From NCBI GenBank assembly GCA_012270885.1, contig JAAXHN010000005.1, forward strand, positions 5,775 through 69,774: DNA of 64,000 nt. Reading direction: 5' to 3'. The first letter of the stretch is position 1. The number at the start of each line of letters is the position of its first letter. Shown piece by piece: positions 39,565-50,089 of the stretch. A model generated the notes under the pieces. That model made no database searches. It was not told where the DNA came from and saw nothing but the letters and a program-made list of their open reading frames with translations. Both the position numbers and the translations under genes were made by a program. This DNA is from Acidimicrobiia bacterium. Its GTDB lineage: Bacteria > Actinomycetota > Acidimicrobiia > Spongiisociales > ZC4RG35.

Positions 39565-40050
39565 TTAGGAGGCGTCGATGGAAAGGCCGGCCAGCACCTC
39601 CTCCAGGGTGTACCCGACCCAGATGTCCTCTTCCCACTGGGCGAGTTGGATGAGCACCCCATTGGTGGTGCGCGGATGCAAGAAGGCCTCGCTCCAATAC
39701 TCGCTGAAGTTGAGTCCGGTGACCCGAAAACCCTTCTCCTCGGCGATCCGCGCCGCATCCGACAGGTCGGCGACTTCGAAGGTGAGATGATGCAGACCCT
39801 CACCCCGCTCCCTAAGGAACTTGTGGAGGAAAGAGTCGGCCCCAAGCGGGGACATGATCTCCAACATCCCTTGAGGAAGCCGGAACTGTACCCACCGGAA
39901 GGAGTTGCGGACATGGTCGGCGCCCTGGTAGAAGCGGCCTCCCAGCAACTCCACAAGGGGAAGGGCGTCTCTGATGTCACCCACGGCCCACGACACGTGG
40001 TCAAACCTCTTCACAATCCCGTCCAGACCCAGGGATTCCTCGACCTTCAT
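39565..40050 (-). CDS. VOC/glyoxalase-family protein (methylmalonyl-CoA epimerase-like)
   Basis: FDHVSWAV...GLHHLTFEV...VLIQLAQ; a paired beta-alpha-beta-beta-beta module pattern. Confidence 0.7.
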   Translation of the reverse strand: MKVEESLGLDGIVKRFDHVSWAVGDIRDALPLVELLGGRFYQGADHVRNSFRWVQFRLPQGMLEIMSPLGADSFLHKFLRERGEGLHHLTFEVADLSDAARIAEEKGFRVTGLNFSEYWSEAFLHPRTTNGVLIQLAQWEEDIWVGYTLEEVLAGLSIDAS

Positions 40051-40132
40051 AGCCGGATGAGGCTAGCGGCCAAGCAGGCTCGCAAGGAGGGTGGATGCCG
40101 AGTGATCCCGACCACCCACGGCGGTGGGATTC

Positions 40133-41338
40133 TCACCAGTTGGAGAGAACCTCGCCGAAAGACGCGGTGGGAACCAGGACCTGAGCGCCGGAGGGAGCCG
40201 TGTAGTCGGCGACCGGGATGGTCAGCCTGGAAACCGAAGACGGATCGAGATCCTGATAGCGCACCGCCCAGTCCACGGCCTGGGCGACCGACCATCCCTT
40301 GTCCAAACGAAGGGTGTGGGAGAGGCTGTCCATGGTGGAAAGCAGGTCAGCCGGGGAGTTGAGCCGAAGCTGGCCTGCGAGCGTCAGAAGCAACTCCTGC
40401 TGGTGTGCTTGGCGAGTGAAGTCGGAAGACCAGGCTCGCTGCCACTCCCCATCCACCAGTTGACGGGCATTGCGAGACCGGGCGTAGGCCAGTGCGGTGG
40501 CGCCGTTCGCCATGCGGCATCCCGGCTCGGTGATATCCAGATGTGCTTTCTCGTCATAGGTGGGGAAATCGAAGCAAATCTCGATCCCTCCCAGGCCATC
40601 CACCAACTCAACGAATCCGTCAAAGTCCACTTTCGCGAAGTGGTCCACCGCGATACCCGTGAAGTCCTCAATGGCCAGGGCCAAGAGCTCAGGACCATTG
40701 GCGAACCCGGTGCATCCTCCCAGGTTGGCGTTCACGCGCCGGAAGTCCTCGGAACAGAAGTTGTAGAGGTAGAGATCCCGAGGAATCGACACGAGGGCCG
40801 GCGCCGAGCCATTCTCGGGGAACAAGGCAAAGAGGATGGCGTCGGCCAGGTACCCGCTCGCGTCGGCGCCCATCAGCAGCACCGAGTCGTACTTCGCGTC
40901 AGGCACTTTGACCGAACTGCGGGCATGGGCACCGGGAGGGGGCTCCGACATCTCGTCTTGCCCGGAGCCCCGGGTGACCTCCTCGTCCGCCTCGGGATCC
41001 GGCTCCACCCCCTCCACTGACTCGGGATCCAGCTCCGCCCCCTCCCGGTCCTCCAGTTGTGGGACGGCTTCGGGTGTCTTCTCCTCAGGGCGGTCAGCGT
41101 TCTGCTTTTCCTGAGCCTCTATTTCCTGACGACCCTCCTCAACCTGTTCTGGAGTGCGCTCCTCCAAAGCCGCCCCGGCCTCATCAGGCGCAAAGGGTTG
41201 ATCGGCGATCTCTTTGAAGCCCCCGTACACGCGCCATCCCGCCAGCGTCAAGAGCGCCAGCACCAATGCGCCAATCCCAATCCAGATCCGGCGTTGCCTC
41301 TTGCGCCGTTTCATACGGAGGACGGTTCTGGAGGTCAA
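40133..41338 (-). CDS. LCP (LytR-CpsA-Psr) family cell-envelope phosphotransferase
   Basis: N-terminal TM segment, an acidic linker, then SVLLMGAD...SIPRDLY...VDFDGFVELVDGLGGI. Confidence 0.85.
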   Translation of the reverse strand: MTSRTVLRMKRRKRQRRIWIGIGALVLALLTLAGWRVYGGFKEIADQPFAPDEAGAALEERTPEQVEEGRQEIEAQEKQNADRPEEKTPEAVPQLEDREGAELDPESVEGVEPDPEADEEVTRGSGQDEMSEPPPGAHARSSVKVPDAKYDSVLLMGADASGYLADAILFALFPENGSAPALVSIPRDLYLYNFCSEDFRRVNANLGGCTGFANGPELLALAIEDFTGIAVDHFAKVDFDGFVELVDGLGGIEICFDFPTYDEKAHLDITEPGCRMANGATALAYARSRNARQLVDGEWQRAWSSDFTRQAHQQELLLTLAGQLRLNSPADLLSTMDSLSHTLRLDKGWSVAQAVDWAVRYQDLDPSSVSRLTIPVADYTAPSGAQVLVPTASFGEVLSNW

Positions 41339-41370
41339 CCTTTCAAGTCCCTAATAGACAATGCGAAGCG

Positions 41371-41853
41371 TCACCGCGCCCCGCCCGTAGGGTACCTTCC
41401 CCGATGGAAGACCGTTCCGGTGAAGATTCCCACGACTCGCCCGTCGCCGCGCTCCACCGTGATCCGGTAGGTAGCCACCGACCTGGACCGAGTGACAGGG
41501 TACGCGGTGGCGGTCAACCGATCCCCAGCCCGCGCAGAGGCCGCCAGCACCAGATGAGTATCGAGTGCAACCGCTTCCGCTTCTGCATTGGAGATCAAAG
41601 AGAGGGCGAAATCGGCCAGGGAATACACTGCTCCGCCATGCACCAGCCCCATGAAGTTGGTGTGCCGGAGCGCCACCTCCAGTTCCACGGTCAACCGCTC
41701 AGGATCGTCAACCAGCAGCCTCGCTCGCAGGAGTTCAGCGTAAGGATCAGCATCAGCCAGCGCCTTGAGCCGGGCGGATGTCGCCTCCATCGACCGGGAC
41801 GGGCCAGGCGATTCAGCCATCCAGTCGGCCGATCCAGGCATCGAAGAGTTCAT
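41371..41853 (-). CDS. PaaI-family hotdog thioesterase
   Basis: NFMGLVHGGAVYSLADFA motif. Confidence 0.8.
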   Translation of the reverse strand: MNSSMPGSADWMAESPGPSRSMEATSARLKALADADPYAELLRARLLVDDPERLTVELEVALRHTNFMGLVHGGAVYSLADFALSLISNAEAEAVALDTHLVLAASARAGDRLTATAYPVTRSRSVATYRITVERGDGRVVGIFTGTVFHRGRYPTGGAR

Positions 41854-42024
41854 AGCCGCCGTCGACTATCTCTCCTTCGGCCTCTGCCATCTGCGCCGCG
41901 AACTCGTCAAGAGTCCACCGATCCACCGGAATGCTTGATGACCACCACTCTCTTCATGCCTGGGCAGTTTACCTGTTGCCAAACTATCGTAAGAGGACGT
42001 GTCAACGGTAAGAGACCAACCAGC

Positions 42025-44289
42025 GTGACAGAAGGCTCAGAGGCGCCCGGGCCCACGGTCGCCGATCCGGGGGAGGCTGAGAGCCAGGCACCGGCGCCTC
42101 TCCATCAACTCCTGGGACTGACGGACCCCGACCTGGAGGCAATCCGTCGCGACCTGGGTCGCGCTCCCTCCCGGGTGGAGTTGGCCGTGTACGCGGGAAT
42201 GTGGTCGGAAGCCCGTTCGTACAAGTCCTCGGCTCCCTACCTGCGTCGGCTCACATCCGTCGCGCCCTGGGTGGTGGTAGGGCCTGGAGAGAACGCAGGG
42301 GTTATAGATCTGGGTGACGGGTGGTTGTTGGCCCTGCGGATCGAGAGCCACAATCACGCCTCCTACGTCGATTCCCGACGGGGCGCATCCACGGGAGTGG
42401 GAGGAGTGCTGAGGGACGTGGCGGCCATGGGGGCCCGGCCGGTGGCCCTGTTGAATCAGATTCGCTTCGGGCCGCTCAGCGAGCCGGAGAGCCGACTCAG
42501 ACTGCGGGAAGTGGTGGAAGGGATGGCCGGCTACGGTAGGGACGTGGGGGTTCCCATCGTGGGGGGCGAGGTGGCCTTCTCGGAAAGCTACTTCAACAAC
42601 CCCCTGGTGAACGTGATGTGCGTTGGGATCCTCCGCGAGGAGGAACTGGTATTGGGAAGAGCCGGAGACGAAGGAACCAGGCTGGTGCTGCTGGGCGCCC
42701 CCACCGGGCCGGATGGCATCGGGGGGGTAGCGACTCTCGCCACCACCGGGGCGCGCAGTCTTGCCGACTCCTCCCCGCAGATCATCCCGGAGGGGGATCC
42801 CGAACTGGCGAGTCGACTGCTGGAAGTATGCCGGGAGTTGGCCCGCCTCGGTCTGGTCAAGGGTTTCCAGGACCTGGGGGGAGCAGGATTGGCCAGCGCG
42901 GTAACGGAGCCAGCTTCACGATCGGATGTCGGAATCGACCTCGACCTGTCCGCCGTGCACATCCGGCCAGAGGAGATCGACGCGGCCGGAGTGCTGACTG
43001 CTGAGACGGAGGAGAGAATGCTGGCGTTTGCGGATCCCGCCTCGGTGGATGAGGTGCTCGAGACCGCCTGCCGAAGGGGAGTGGAGGCTTCGGTGATCGG
43101 GAAAGTCGTGTCTTCGAAGACGCTCCGCGTCATGAGCCGGGACGGGGTGGTGATGGAGGCGCCGATCCGGTCCCTGTCCGAAGGGGCGGTGGTCGACTAC
43201 CATCAGATCGGGGAGCCGGGATGGATGGAGAACCTCTGGTCCAACAACATCCGGTTCTTGCGAAGGCCGGCGTTGGGTGGTGTACTCCTGGACATCCTGG
43301 ACGATCCCCACCTTGCTTCCAAGCGCTGGATATACGAGCAGTATCCCACCAGGCCCCGCGGGGAGGTGACGGTCGGCCCCGGACAGAACCATGCCCTGGT
43401 GCAGATCCCGGGCACCTCCAAATCGATAGCGGTGTCCACCGACGGCAACGGGAGACTGTGCTACCTCGATCCTCGCCGCGGAGCGGGAAGGCTGGTCTGT
43501 GAAGCCGCGCTGAACGTGGCTATCTCCGGCGCCCGGCCCAGGGCGGTGGTGGACAATCTCAATTTCGGGAGTCCCGACAGCCCCGACGTGATGTGGCAGT
43601 TCCGCGAGACCGTGGAGGGTCTGGCCGAAGCCTGCGAACTGCTGGGCCTCCCGGTGGTGTCGGGCAACGTCTCCTTCCACAATGAAGTCGACGGGTACCC
43701 CATCCATCCGACGCCGGTGGTGGGAGTGGTAGGAGTCGCCGAGCCGGCGCCCGCCTTCCCTCCCGGCATGGACCGAGCGGAAGAAGGCATGGAATTGTGG
43801 CTCCTGGGACTGGGTGACGCCGTAAACCTGGCAGGAAGCTCTTTCGCCAAGATCGCCTTCGGGCACCTGGGGGGTCGCCCTTCCGCCGCCGACTTCGCCC
43901 TCTGCCGGGCAGCGATCGAGACCGCTCTCGACCTGGTAAAAGAGGGCCTCACACCCGTGCTTCACGACATCTCCGACGGCGGCCTGGCCTTGGCCGCGGC
44001 AGAGATAGCCATCTCTTCACAGGTGGGACTCAACGTGACCTTCCGGGACTGGCGGAGCCTCTTCAGCGAGGACCCGAACCGCCTTCTGGCCGCGGTGTCC
44101 CCGCGGGATGTTCCCCGACTGATCAGCATTACTGCTCGACACGGCCTGCCGGCCTCCCAGATCGGCACCTTTGGCGGCCGCGAAATCTCCCTTGAGAGTG
44201 GTGGGGTCCGCGGCGCCGTCAACCTGGCCGTCGCCTCCCGCACCTGGAGGAACGCCATCGCCCGACGCTTGGAGGTAGATTCCCCGTAA
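42025..44289 (+). CDS. purL: Phosphoribosylformylglycinamidine synthase subunit PurL (small type)
   Basis: LGLTDPDLEAIRRDLGRAPSRVELAVYAGMWSE..SYKSS, ESHNH, DVAAMGARP, NPLVNVMCVG. The track ORF 41266.. is over-extended. GTG 42025 gives about 754 aa; ATG 41938 or 41956 are alternative starts. Confidence 0.85.
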   Translation: MTEGSEAPGPTVADPGEAESQAPAPLHQLLGLTDPDLEAIRRDLGRAPSRVELAVYAGMWSEARSYKSSAPYLRRLTSVAPWVVVGPGENAGVIDLGDGWLLALRIESHNHASYVDSRRGASTGVGGVLRDVAAMGARPVALLNQIRFGPLSEPESRLRLREVVEGMAGYGRDVGVPIVGGEVAFSESYFNNPLVNVMCVGILREEELVLGRAGDEGTRLVLLGAPTGPDGIGGVATLATTGARSLADSSPQIIPEGDPELASRLLEVCRELARLGLVKGFQDLGGAGLASAVTEPASRSDVGIDLDLSAVHIRPEEIDAAGVLTAETEERMLAFADPASVDEVLETACRRGVEASVIGKVVSSKTLRVMSRDGVVMEAPIRSLSEGAVVDYHQIGEPGWMENLWSNNIRFLRRPALGGVLLDILDDPHLASKRWIYEQYPTRPRGEVTVGPGQNHALVQIPGTSKSIAVSTDGNGRLCYLDPRRGAGRLVCEAALNVAISGARPRAVVDNLNFGSPDSPDVMWQFRETVEGLAEACELLGLPVVSGNVSFHNEVDGYPIHPTPVVGVVGVAEPAPAFPPGMDRAEEGMELWLLGLGDAVNLAGSSFAKIAFGHLGGRPSAADFALCRAAIETALDLVKEGLTPVLHDISDGGLALAAAEIAISSQVGLNVTFRDWRSLFSEDPNRLLAAVSPRDVPRLISITARHGLPASQIGTFGGREISLESGGVRGAVNLAVASRTWRNAIARRLEVDSP

Positions 44290-44409
44290 CCCTGAATCGG
44301 ATGGGACTTGCCTCCCAGTGTTCTCCGGACGTAATCCCAAAGACTCTCAGATAGTCCTCGATTGCCTTTCCGTGTTGTGAATCGATTCCCATCCGGTCGA
44401 AGGTCTATA

Positions 44410-45465
44410 TCAATCCTGCTTGGAAGGTGACGCGGGTTTTGTGCTCGCTACCTCCTGAGGGGTTCGCTCTCGCATTGCCAGAAGACGCCGATACTTTTCC
44501 CTCTGCTCCTGGGAGACCTGATCGATGGCGACGGCCACCACCAGCAAGGCTCCATTGGCAACCTGCGCCCATGCCGAGTCGAGCCCAACCGCGATGATCC
44601 CATTACGGATGTTGCCGATCAGTACCAATGCAATGAGGACACCTCCCAGGGACCCCTCACCCCCACTGAAGGCCACCCCGCCAAGGATGACGGCAGTGAT
44701 CACCTCAAGTTCGAATCCGACTCCGAAAGTTGGGTTGGCGGTGCCCAAGCGGCTGGCGGCGAGCAGTCCCACCAAACCGATGATCAGCCCGTTGACCAGA
44801 AACAATCCGGTGGTCATCTTTCGGATATTGATGCCCACTCGCTGGGCGGCATCCCGACTGCTCCCCAAAGCGTAGATGTGGCGACCGGTTGTGGTGCGGT
44901 GGAGGTAGGTACCCACCACGATGAATCCCAAGAACAGGAACCAAACCGGCGACTGTAGACCGAAGATTCTGCTTCCTCCCAGGATCTTGAACTGATCGGG
45001 CACGCCGGTAACGGCATATCCGCTGGTCATCAGAATTGCTATGCCCCGCAGCACCGCCAGCATCCCCAAAGTGATTATCAGAGGGGAGATCTTGAACCGC
45101 CACACCATCAGGCCATTGAAAAGTCCAATGGCTCCACCCACCGCGATGCCGGCGACCACGGCGGGGATCACCCCGATGTCGCGAGCCACCAAGGCGGCGG
45201 CGGTGGCACAGACCGCCATCATTGAACCGATCGACAGGTCGATATTGCCTCCGATCATCAAGAGACTGGTACCGAGCGCCCCGATCCCGATGAATGCAAT
45301 CTGGAGTCCGATCACCCGGTAGTTGTCGAAGTTGAAATAGAAAGGAGCGGTGAAGCGCAGGAACACCAGCCAGACGGCAAGAGCGATCAGGAGGCCCAAG
45401 TTGCGCGCTCCGACACGCGGCAGGAAACGCAGCCGGCTTCGGACGCCCGGCCCCGCGGGGCTCAT
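44410..45465 (-). CDS. Sugar ABC transporter permease (RbsC/FrcC-like, CUT2)
   Basis: 351-aa polytopic protein of the branched-chain/ribose-type permease pattern. Overlaps the ATPase gene by 4 nt. Confidence 0.9.
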   Translation of the reverse strand: MSPAGPGVRSRLRFLPRVGARNLGLLIALAVWLVFLRFTAPFYFNFDNYRVIGLQIAFIGIGALGTSLLMIGGNIDLSIGSMMAVCATAAALVARDIGVIPAVVAGIAVGGAIGLFNGLMVWRFKISPLIITLGMLAVLRGIAILMTSGYAVTGVPDQFKILGGSRIFGLQSPVWFLFLGFIVVGTYLHRTTTGRHIYALGSSRDAAQRVGINIRKMTTGLFLVNGLIIGLVGLLAASRLGTANPTFGVGFELEVITAVILGGVAFSGGEGSLGGVLIALVLIGNIRNGIIAVGLDSAWAQVANGALLVVAVAIDQVSQEQREKYRRLLAMRERTPQEVASTKPASPSKQD

Positions 45466-46274
45466 ATTGCCCCCACCGTCTCGTCCATTCCAGTAATGGC
45501 CGAGACGATCTCTCTCCGATTGGTGGCGCTGGCCGGCGTGTCAAGCACGACAGCGCCCAGGCGCAGGACAACGATCCGGTCGGCGACCCTGAAGACATCT
45601 TCCAGGCTGTGGCTTATCATCACCACGCCCACGCCTTGCTGGGCCACATTCCTGATCAGGGCCAGAGAAGCATGAGTCTGGGCCACCCCCAGCGCCGCAG
45701 TCGGCTCGTCAAGGATTACCAGCCGATGAGCCTGGACCAGAGCCCGGGCAATTGCAACGGCCTGGCGCTGGCCGCCGGAGAGCCGCGCCACCTTGGCCTG
45801 CAAGTCAGGAACGGCGGCCCCCACTCTTGCGATCAGTTCTCCAGCCCGCTTTGCCGATTGGCGCTCATCAATGAACTTGACAGGTCCTATCTTCAAGCGA
45901 ACCGGCTCTTGGCCCAGCATCACATTCGCCGAAGCAGAGAGCGTGTCGCAGAGCGCCAGATCCTGGTAGACCGCTTCGATTCCCAGTTGTCGGGCCTGGA
46001 GGGTGGTCAGGCTGGAGTAAGACTCACCGCCCACCAGAATCTCGCCTTCATCGGGACGATGGAAGCCCGTTATGACTTTGATAAGGGTGCTCTTTCCAGC
46101 CCCATTGTCTCCAACCAGGCAAAGCACTTCCCCGGCCCGAACTCCCAGGCTGGCCTGATCCACCGCTTGGAGCGCACCGAAATATTTGGAGACGCTCCGC
46201 ACTTCCACCACATAGTCTGAGGGGCCTTGGCGACCACTCCTGCTAATGACCCCAGGTTGTTTGCCTTGGTTCAA
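45462..46274 (-). CDS. Sugar ABC transporter ATP-binding protein (single NBD, FrcA-like)
   Basis: Walker A GDNGAGKST, signature LSGGQRQ, Walker B LVILDEPT. Only one NBD. Confidence 0.9.
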   Translation of the reverse strand: MNQGKQPGVISRSGRQGPSDYVVEVRSVSKYFGALQAVDQASLGVRAGEVLCLVGDNGAGKSTLIKVITGFHRPDEGEILVGGESYSSLTTLQARQLGIEAVYQDLALCDTLSASANVMLGQEPVRLKIGPVKFIDERQSAKRAGELIARVGAAVPDLQAKVARLSGGQRQAVAIARALVQAHRLVILDEPTAALGVAQTHASLALIRNVAQQGVGVVMISHSLEDVFRVADRIVVLRLGAVVLDTPASATNRREIVSAITGMDETVGAI

Positions 46275-46293
46275 TAGGTCAAGACTTTAGGCG

Positions 46294-47475
46294 TCAGAGC
46301 AGCCCGACATCCGTCTCTGGGTTGAACGGCCGGTTGTAAGGAATCGAATACTGATCCCAAATCTTCTGGTTCATCGGGTCCGCCGTGTCAGCGATGTACT
46401 CCTCGACATTCTCCGCATCGACTATCAAGGCCGTCTGGTTTCGCCACGTGGGAATCGACTCTCCTTGCAGAGCCGCCGCCATCTCCATACTCGCCAACGC
46501 GCCGGACGCGCCAAAGAGGAAAGAAGCGGATGCCTGCACGATCGACGTTCCCTTCTTCATCTCATCCAGAGCGCCCGCAATAGCATCCACTCCGCCGAGC
46601 CAGAAGTCGTCGGGGTCGTCCCTGCCGGCCTCCAGGGCGGCTACCTGCGCGCCCAGCATCCCGTCGTCGTTGAAGCACAGGATGGCATCCAGATCGGGAT
46701 GTGCCTGGATGAGACTCGCGCCGCCATCGACTCCCGTCTGGTTGCTGTATGCCTCGGCCTTTCCGACCAACTCCACGTCGGGAAGCAACTCAGCCATCTT
46801 GACTTCCATCGCCAAGGTCCGGGCGGTGAGGGCCGGGATAGAGGTAAGCTCGAACAGCGCCCACTTGCCTTTTCCGCCTTTCTTCTCCTGGAACCATTCG
46901 GCCGCCGCCTCGGCAACGCCGAATCCGGCGCCCACGTTGTCCACCTGTATGAATTGAGTAGTGGTGGGGAACCAGGAGGTCCAGGTGATGGTGATCAAAC
47001 CGGCATCTTGAGCTCGTTGACCCCAGTCCTCCCAGCCTTCGGGCTGGATGTTGAAGATGAAGGCACCGTCGAAGTTCTGCGTGATGAAAGCCTCGGCATC
47101 GGTGACCTGTTTCACCCCGTCTCCGCCAGCGTCGAGCACGGTTTCCACATCCATTCCAGTGCCCGCCGTCTCCTGGTACAGACGGATGGCGTCGATGATC
47201 TCGTCATGGACACCAGCCTGCACCCACTGGGAAATTCCGCAACGAACGCCCGCCAAGGGCGGACCGGCGGTGGTGGTGGGCGCTGCCGTAGTGGTGGTAG
47301 CAGGAGCAGCCGTGGTGATCGGGGGCCCTCCTCCACAGGCCGCTATGCCGATCCCTACCGCTCCGAGTCCGGCCATCCGGATGAAGTCCCGCCGGCTCAG
47401 GTTTGTCAACCGCACCGGTTGCCTTTTCGTCGACTTGGAGTCCTTGCCTCTGATACTCTTGCCTGTGTCAAACAT
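46294..47475 (-). CDS. Periplasmic sugar-binding protein (RbsB-like), Tat lipoprotein
   Basis: SRRDFIRMAG twin-arginine motif, lipobox IAAC, T/A/P linker, then a Peripla_BP-like body. Confidence 0.85.
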   Translation of the reverse strand: MFDTGKSIRGKDSKSTKRQPVRLTNLSRRDFIRMAGLGAVGIGIAACGGGPPITTAAPATTTTAAPTTTAGPPLAGVRCGISQWVQAGVHDEIIDAIRLYQETAGTGMDVETVLDAGGDGVKQVTDAEAFITQNFDGAFIFNIQPEGWEDWGQRAQDAGLITITWTSWFPTTTQFIQVDNVGAGFGVAEAAAEWFQEKKGGKGKWALFELTSIPALTARTLAMEVKMAELLPDVELVGKAEAYSNQTGVDGGASLIQAHPDLDAILCFNDDGMLGAQVAALEAGRDDPDDFWLGGVDAIAGALDEMKKGTSIVQASASFLFGASGALASMEMAAALQGESIPTWRNQTALIVDAENVEEYIADTADPMNQKIWDQYSIPYNRPFNPETDVGLL

Positions 47476-47777
47476 ACGATCCTCCGATCCACTCCTTCAA
47501 TGGCTGATATAAGAGATCATATCATTAAACACCTGCTAAAACACGCTGGAAAGCCACCAGAGATTGACGGTGCCAAAGTGATCGGAGAAGAGCCTTCCAG
47601 CCGGGCCCGATCCACTCTGGCCAACGCGTTCTTCCTCCCGTCGCATTGCTTCGGATAGATGATCGTTGTGGGTTGCCGGATTGGTCGCTCTCTGGCCAAC
47701 CGCCGCCAAGACTCACAGCACGAGTGACGCGCTCTTGGCAAGCGGCATCGCGGCATTGCTGAGCGGTGCCACCGTGC

Positions 47778-48887
47778 CTATGGCCGGATCCGGGCGACTA
47801 TCTCCTCCATCGAGAGGCCGTCCAGGCCCAGGCGCTCCAAAGTCCGGCCTCCGGCGATTGCTTCATCCAAGCTTGCCGCAGCAGCCAGGCGGAGCAATGC
47901 CTCCGCTACCGGAGTGGCCACGCCCGCAACCTTGGCCAACTCCACCAGGGGCAACAGTCCATATCCGAAGTCCTCTGTGTAGTAGCGGTGGGCCAGGGAG
48001 TCGGGCGCCATGATCCGAGCGTTGGCGCTCCCACTGGAAATGGCGCCCTGTATGTCCCCCATATCCGCGTCCGGTTCCACCGTGCCGATCGCCGACATCT
48101 CCTCCATCAGGGATCCCAAACGATATCCGAACGCGTCGGCCACCGCCAGACGTTCGGCATCCAGCCTCGCCATCACCGAGGCCACTCCCCCGGTCATCCC
48201 GTCCACGTAGAACCGGAAGTCTCCGCCTGTGGCCTCGACCCAAGCCGCTCCCAGAATCGCCCCGGGAGGGTGGAGAACCATGTTCACCTCCGCCAACCCC
48301 ACCGCCAGGACATCGGGCAGGGTGACAGCCCCGGGGTACAGCCGCCCGGCCAACCCGAGCGCCGCCTCGCCACCGGGAAGGCAGGCAACCGGCACCCGGG
48401 CGGCGGCGCCCGTAATGTTCACACCCCACTGCACCGGCGGGCAGTTCAAACCGGCGTCGGGGTCCACCGCAAAGGCCCGCACCGTATAAGGAAGGGTGGA
48501 ACACTCTGCCAGTGGTGGGAGAGTTCCCATCCCTCTGTCACGCCACACTTTGACCACCTCCAATGCGCCGCCCAGGTGGCCGGGAGCCAGCACCACCGGC
48601 GCCGTGCAACCGACCTCGGCCAGGAGCCGGGCTATGTGCCGATGGGCGGTGGAAGGCAGACACACCAGCACACCGGCTGCCCCTTCGAGCCCCGGGGCAA
48701 GATCGTCAGTGCACGTTACGGGCATCACGCCTTCTCCGCACACCCCCCGGTAGGCAAGCCGGAACCCGGTCGGCGGCTCTCCTGGGACGGTGCGCCGCCA
48801 CCAGACCACCTCGAATCCCCGCAGGGTCAGGTCGACCGTCGCCGCCATGCCTCCGGCTCCGCCCCCCATCACAACTATCCGGGTCAT
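47778..48887 (-). CDS. NAD(P)-dependent octopine/nopaline (opine) dehydrogenase family protein
   Basis: N-terminal Rossmann IVVMGGGAGG and a C-terminal helical-domain pattern (HRYYTEDFGYGLLPLVELAKVAGVATP). Confidence 0.7.
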   Translation of the reverse strand: MTRIVVMGGGAGGMAATVDLTLRGFEVVWWRRTVPGEPPTGFRLAYRGVCGEGVMPVTCTDDLAPGLEGAAGVLVCLPSTAHRHIARLLAEVGCTAPVVLAPGHLGGALEVVKVWRDRGMGTLPPLAECSTLPYTVRAFAVDPDAGLNCPPVQWGVNITGAAARVPVACLPGGEAALGLAGRLYPGAVTLPDVLAVGLAEVNMVLHPPGAILGAAWVEATGGDFRFYVDGMTGGVASVMARLDAERLAVADAFGYRLGSLMEEMSAIGTVEPDADMGDIQGAISSGSANARIMAPDSLAHRYYTEDFGYGLLPLVELAKVAGVATPVAEALLRLAAAASLDEAIAGGRTLERLGLDGLSMEEIVARIRP

Positions 48888-50089
48888 CGGATCTTCCTCA
48901 CCCTCCCCTCGCCCAGGTCGAGGCCAACCGCCTCCGCCACCGAGTACTTCTTCACCTTGGCCACATCGACTTCAACCCCGAGACCCGGACCCTCGGGGAT
49001 CAAGACCCGCCCATCCTCGAAACCAAAGGGGACGGTGATCAAGTCGTCGATGTAATAGATTCCGGCTATCTCCGGACGGGCGCTTCCCTCCGGGCCGGAG
49101 ACCGGGCACACGCTGGGCAGGATGGCGTTTTCCACGGCAGCTCCCAGCGCCAGATTTGCGGCGTTGCCGATCCCGGTCTCGATCGAGCCTCCTATGTCGC
49201 ACATCATGCCCAGCCGACGGGCGGTCTCCGCCTGCTGGCGGGCACGGAACAGTCCCCCCGGTTTGGTGACGTAGCACGAGAAGTACTCGGCCGCCCCCAG
49301 TTCGACCAACTCCCAGATGTCCTCCACCGTCCAGGCCGACTCGTCCGCCATCACCGGCGTTTCGATCCTCAGGGCCACCGCTGCCAAACCCTCGGCGCCG
49401 GCCACCGGTTGCTCGCACAGCAATATGTCATACTCCTCCTGGGCGCGGGTGACCCTCACCGCCTCGGCGACATGGGAGTATCCCTCGTTCCCGTCCACCC
49501 GGATCTTGATTTCAGGACCCACCAATTCCCGCAGTCGTCGCACCAGTTCCACGTCGCGGATCGGGTCGAGGCCGGTCTTGCACTTGATGGTGAGCGCACC
49601 TTCGGACACCGCCTGCTCCGCTTCCTCCAGGCATTGTTCGATAGGCATGATCCCCAGCGAGTGAGTCAACTCTATTCCCCGGCGGTGAGAGCCCCCAAGC
49701 AGTGTCGAGACCCCCACTCCCATGGCTCGTCCGGCAAGGTCATAGCAGGCGATGTCGACCATCGCCTTGGCGTAGGGGTGGCCTTTCACCGCCTTGTCCA
49801 TCCGGGCATGAATCACACCTATTTCCCGAGGGTCGCAGCCTGCAACGGCGGGCAGCAGAAATTTGGATGCCACTGTCAGAACCGTCTCCGGCGACTCTCC
49901 GTAGTACCGCATCGCCGAGCCGCCCCAGGTGATACCGGCCGGCGCTTCTCCCCACCCTTCGATCCCCTGGTCGGTTCCCAGCCGGAGGATGGCGTGACGA
50001 CCGATCGGAGCGGTCATCTTCGACGCCCAGGTGTGATGCCGTCGATTGGGAAGAGACACTATGTGGATAGTGGCTTCGATTATCTTCAC
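48884..50089 (-). CDS. Enolase-superfamily enzyme, muconate-lactonizing (MLE) subgroup
   Basis: KxK motif (TIKCKTG), metal ligands RVDGNEGY / CEQP / MADES, and an N-terminal capping domain. Confidence 0.85.
   Translation of the reverse strand: MKIIEATIHIVSLPNRRHHTWASKMTAPIGRHAILRLGTDQGIEGWGEAPAGITWGGSAMRYYGESPETVLTVASKFLLPAVAGCDPREIGVIHARMDKAVKGHPYAKAMVDIACYDLAGRAMGVGVSTLLGGSHRRGIELTHSLGIMPIEQCLEEAEQAVSEGALTIKCKTGLDPIRDVELVRRLRELVGPEIKIRVDGNEGYSHVAEAVRVTRAQEEYDILLCEQPVAGAEGLAAVALRIETPVMADESAWTVEDIWELVELGAAEYFSCYVTKPGGLFRARQQAETARRLGMMCDIGGSIETGIGNAANLALGAAVENAILPSVCPVSGPEGSARPEIAGIYYIDDLITVPFGFEDGRVLIPEGPGLGVEVDVAKVKKYSVAEAVGLDLGEGRVRKIR

Noticed and set aside
47500-47658. A small ORF, MADIRDHIIKHLLKHAGKPPEIDGAKVIGEEPSS... 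(52 aa), in the AT-richer spacer between the opine dehydrogenase gene and the sugar SBP gene.
   Set aside because: It has no RBS, its codon usage is atypical for this genome, and it carries no recognisable motif. The region is more simply the promoter/5' region of the minus-strand transporter operon.
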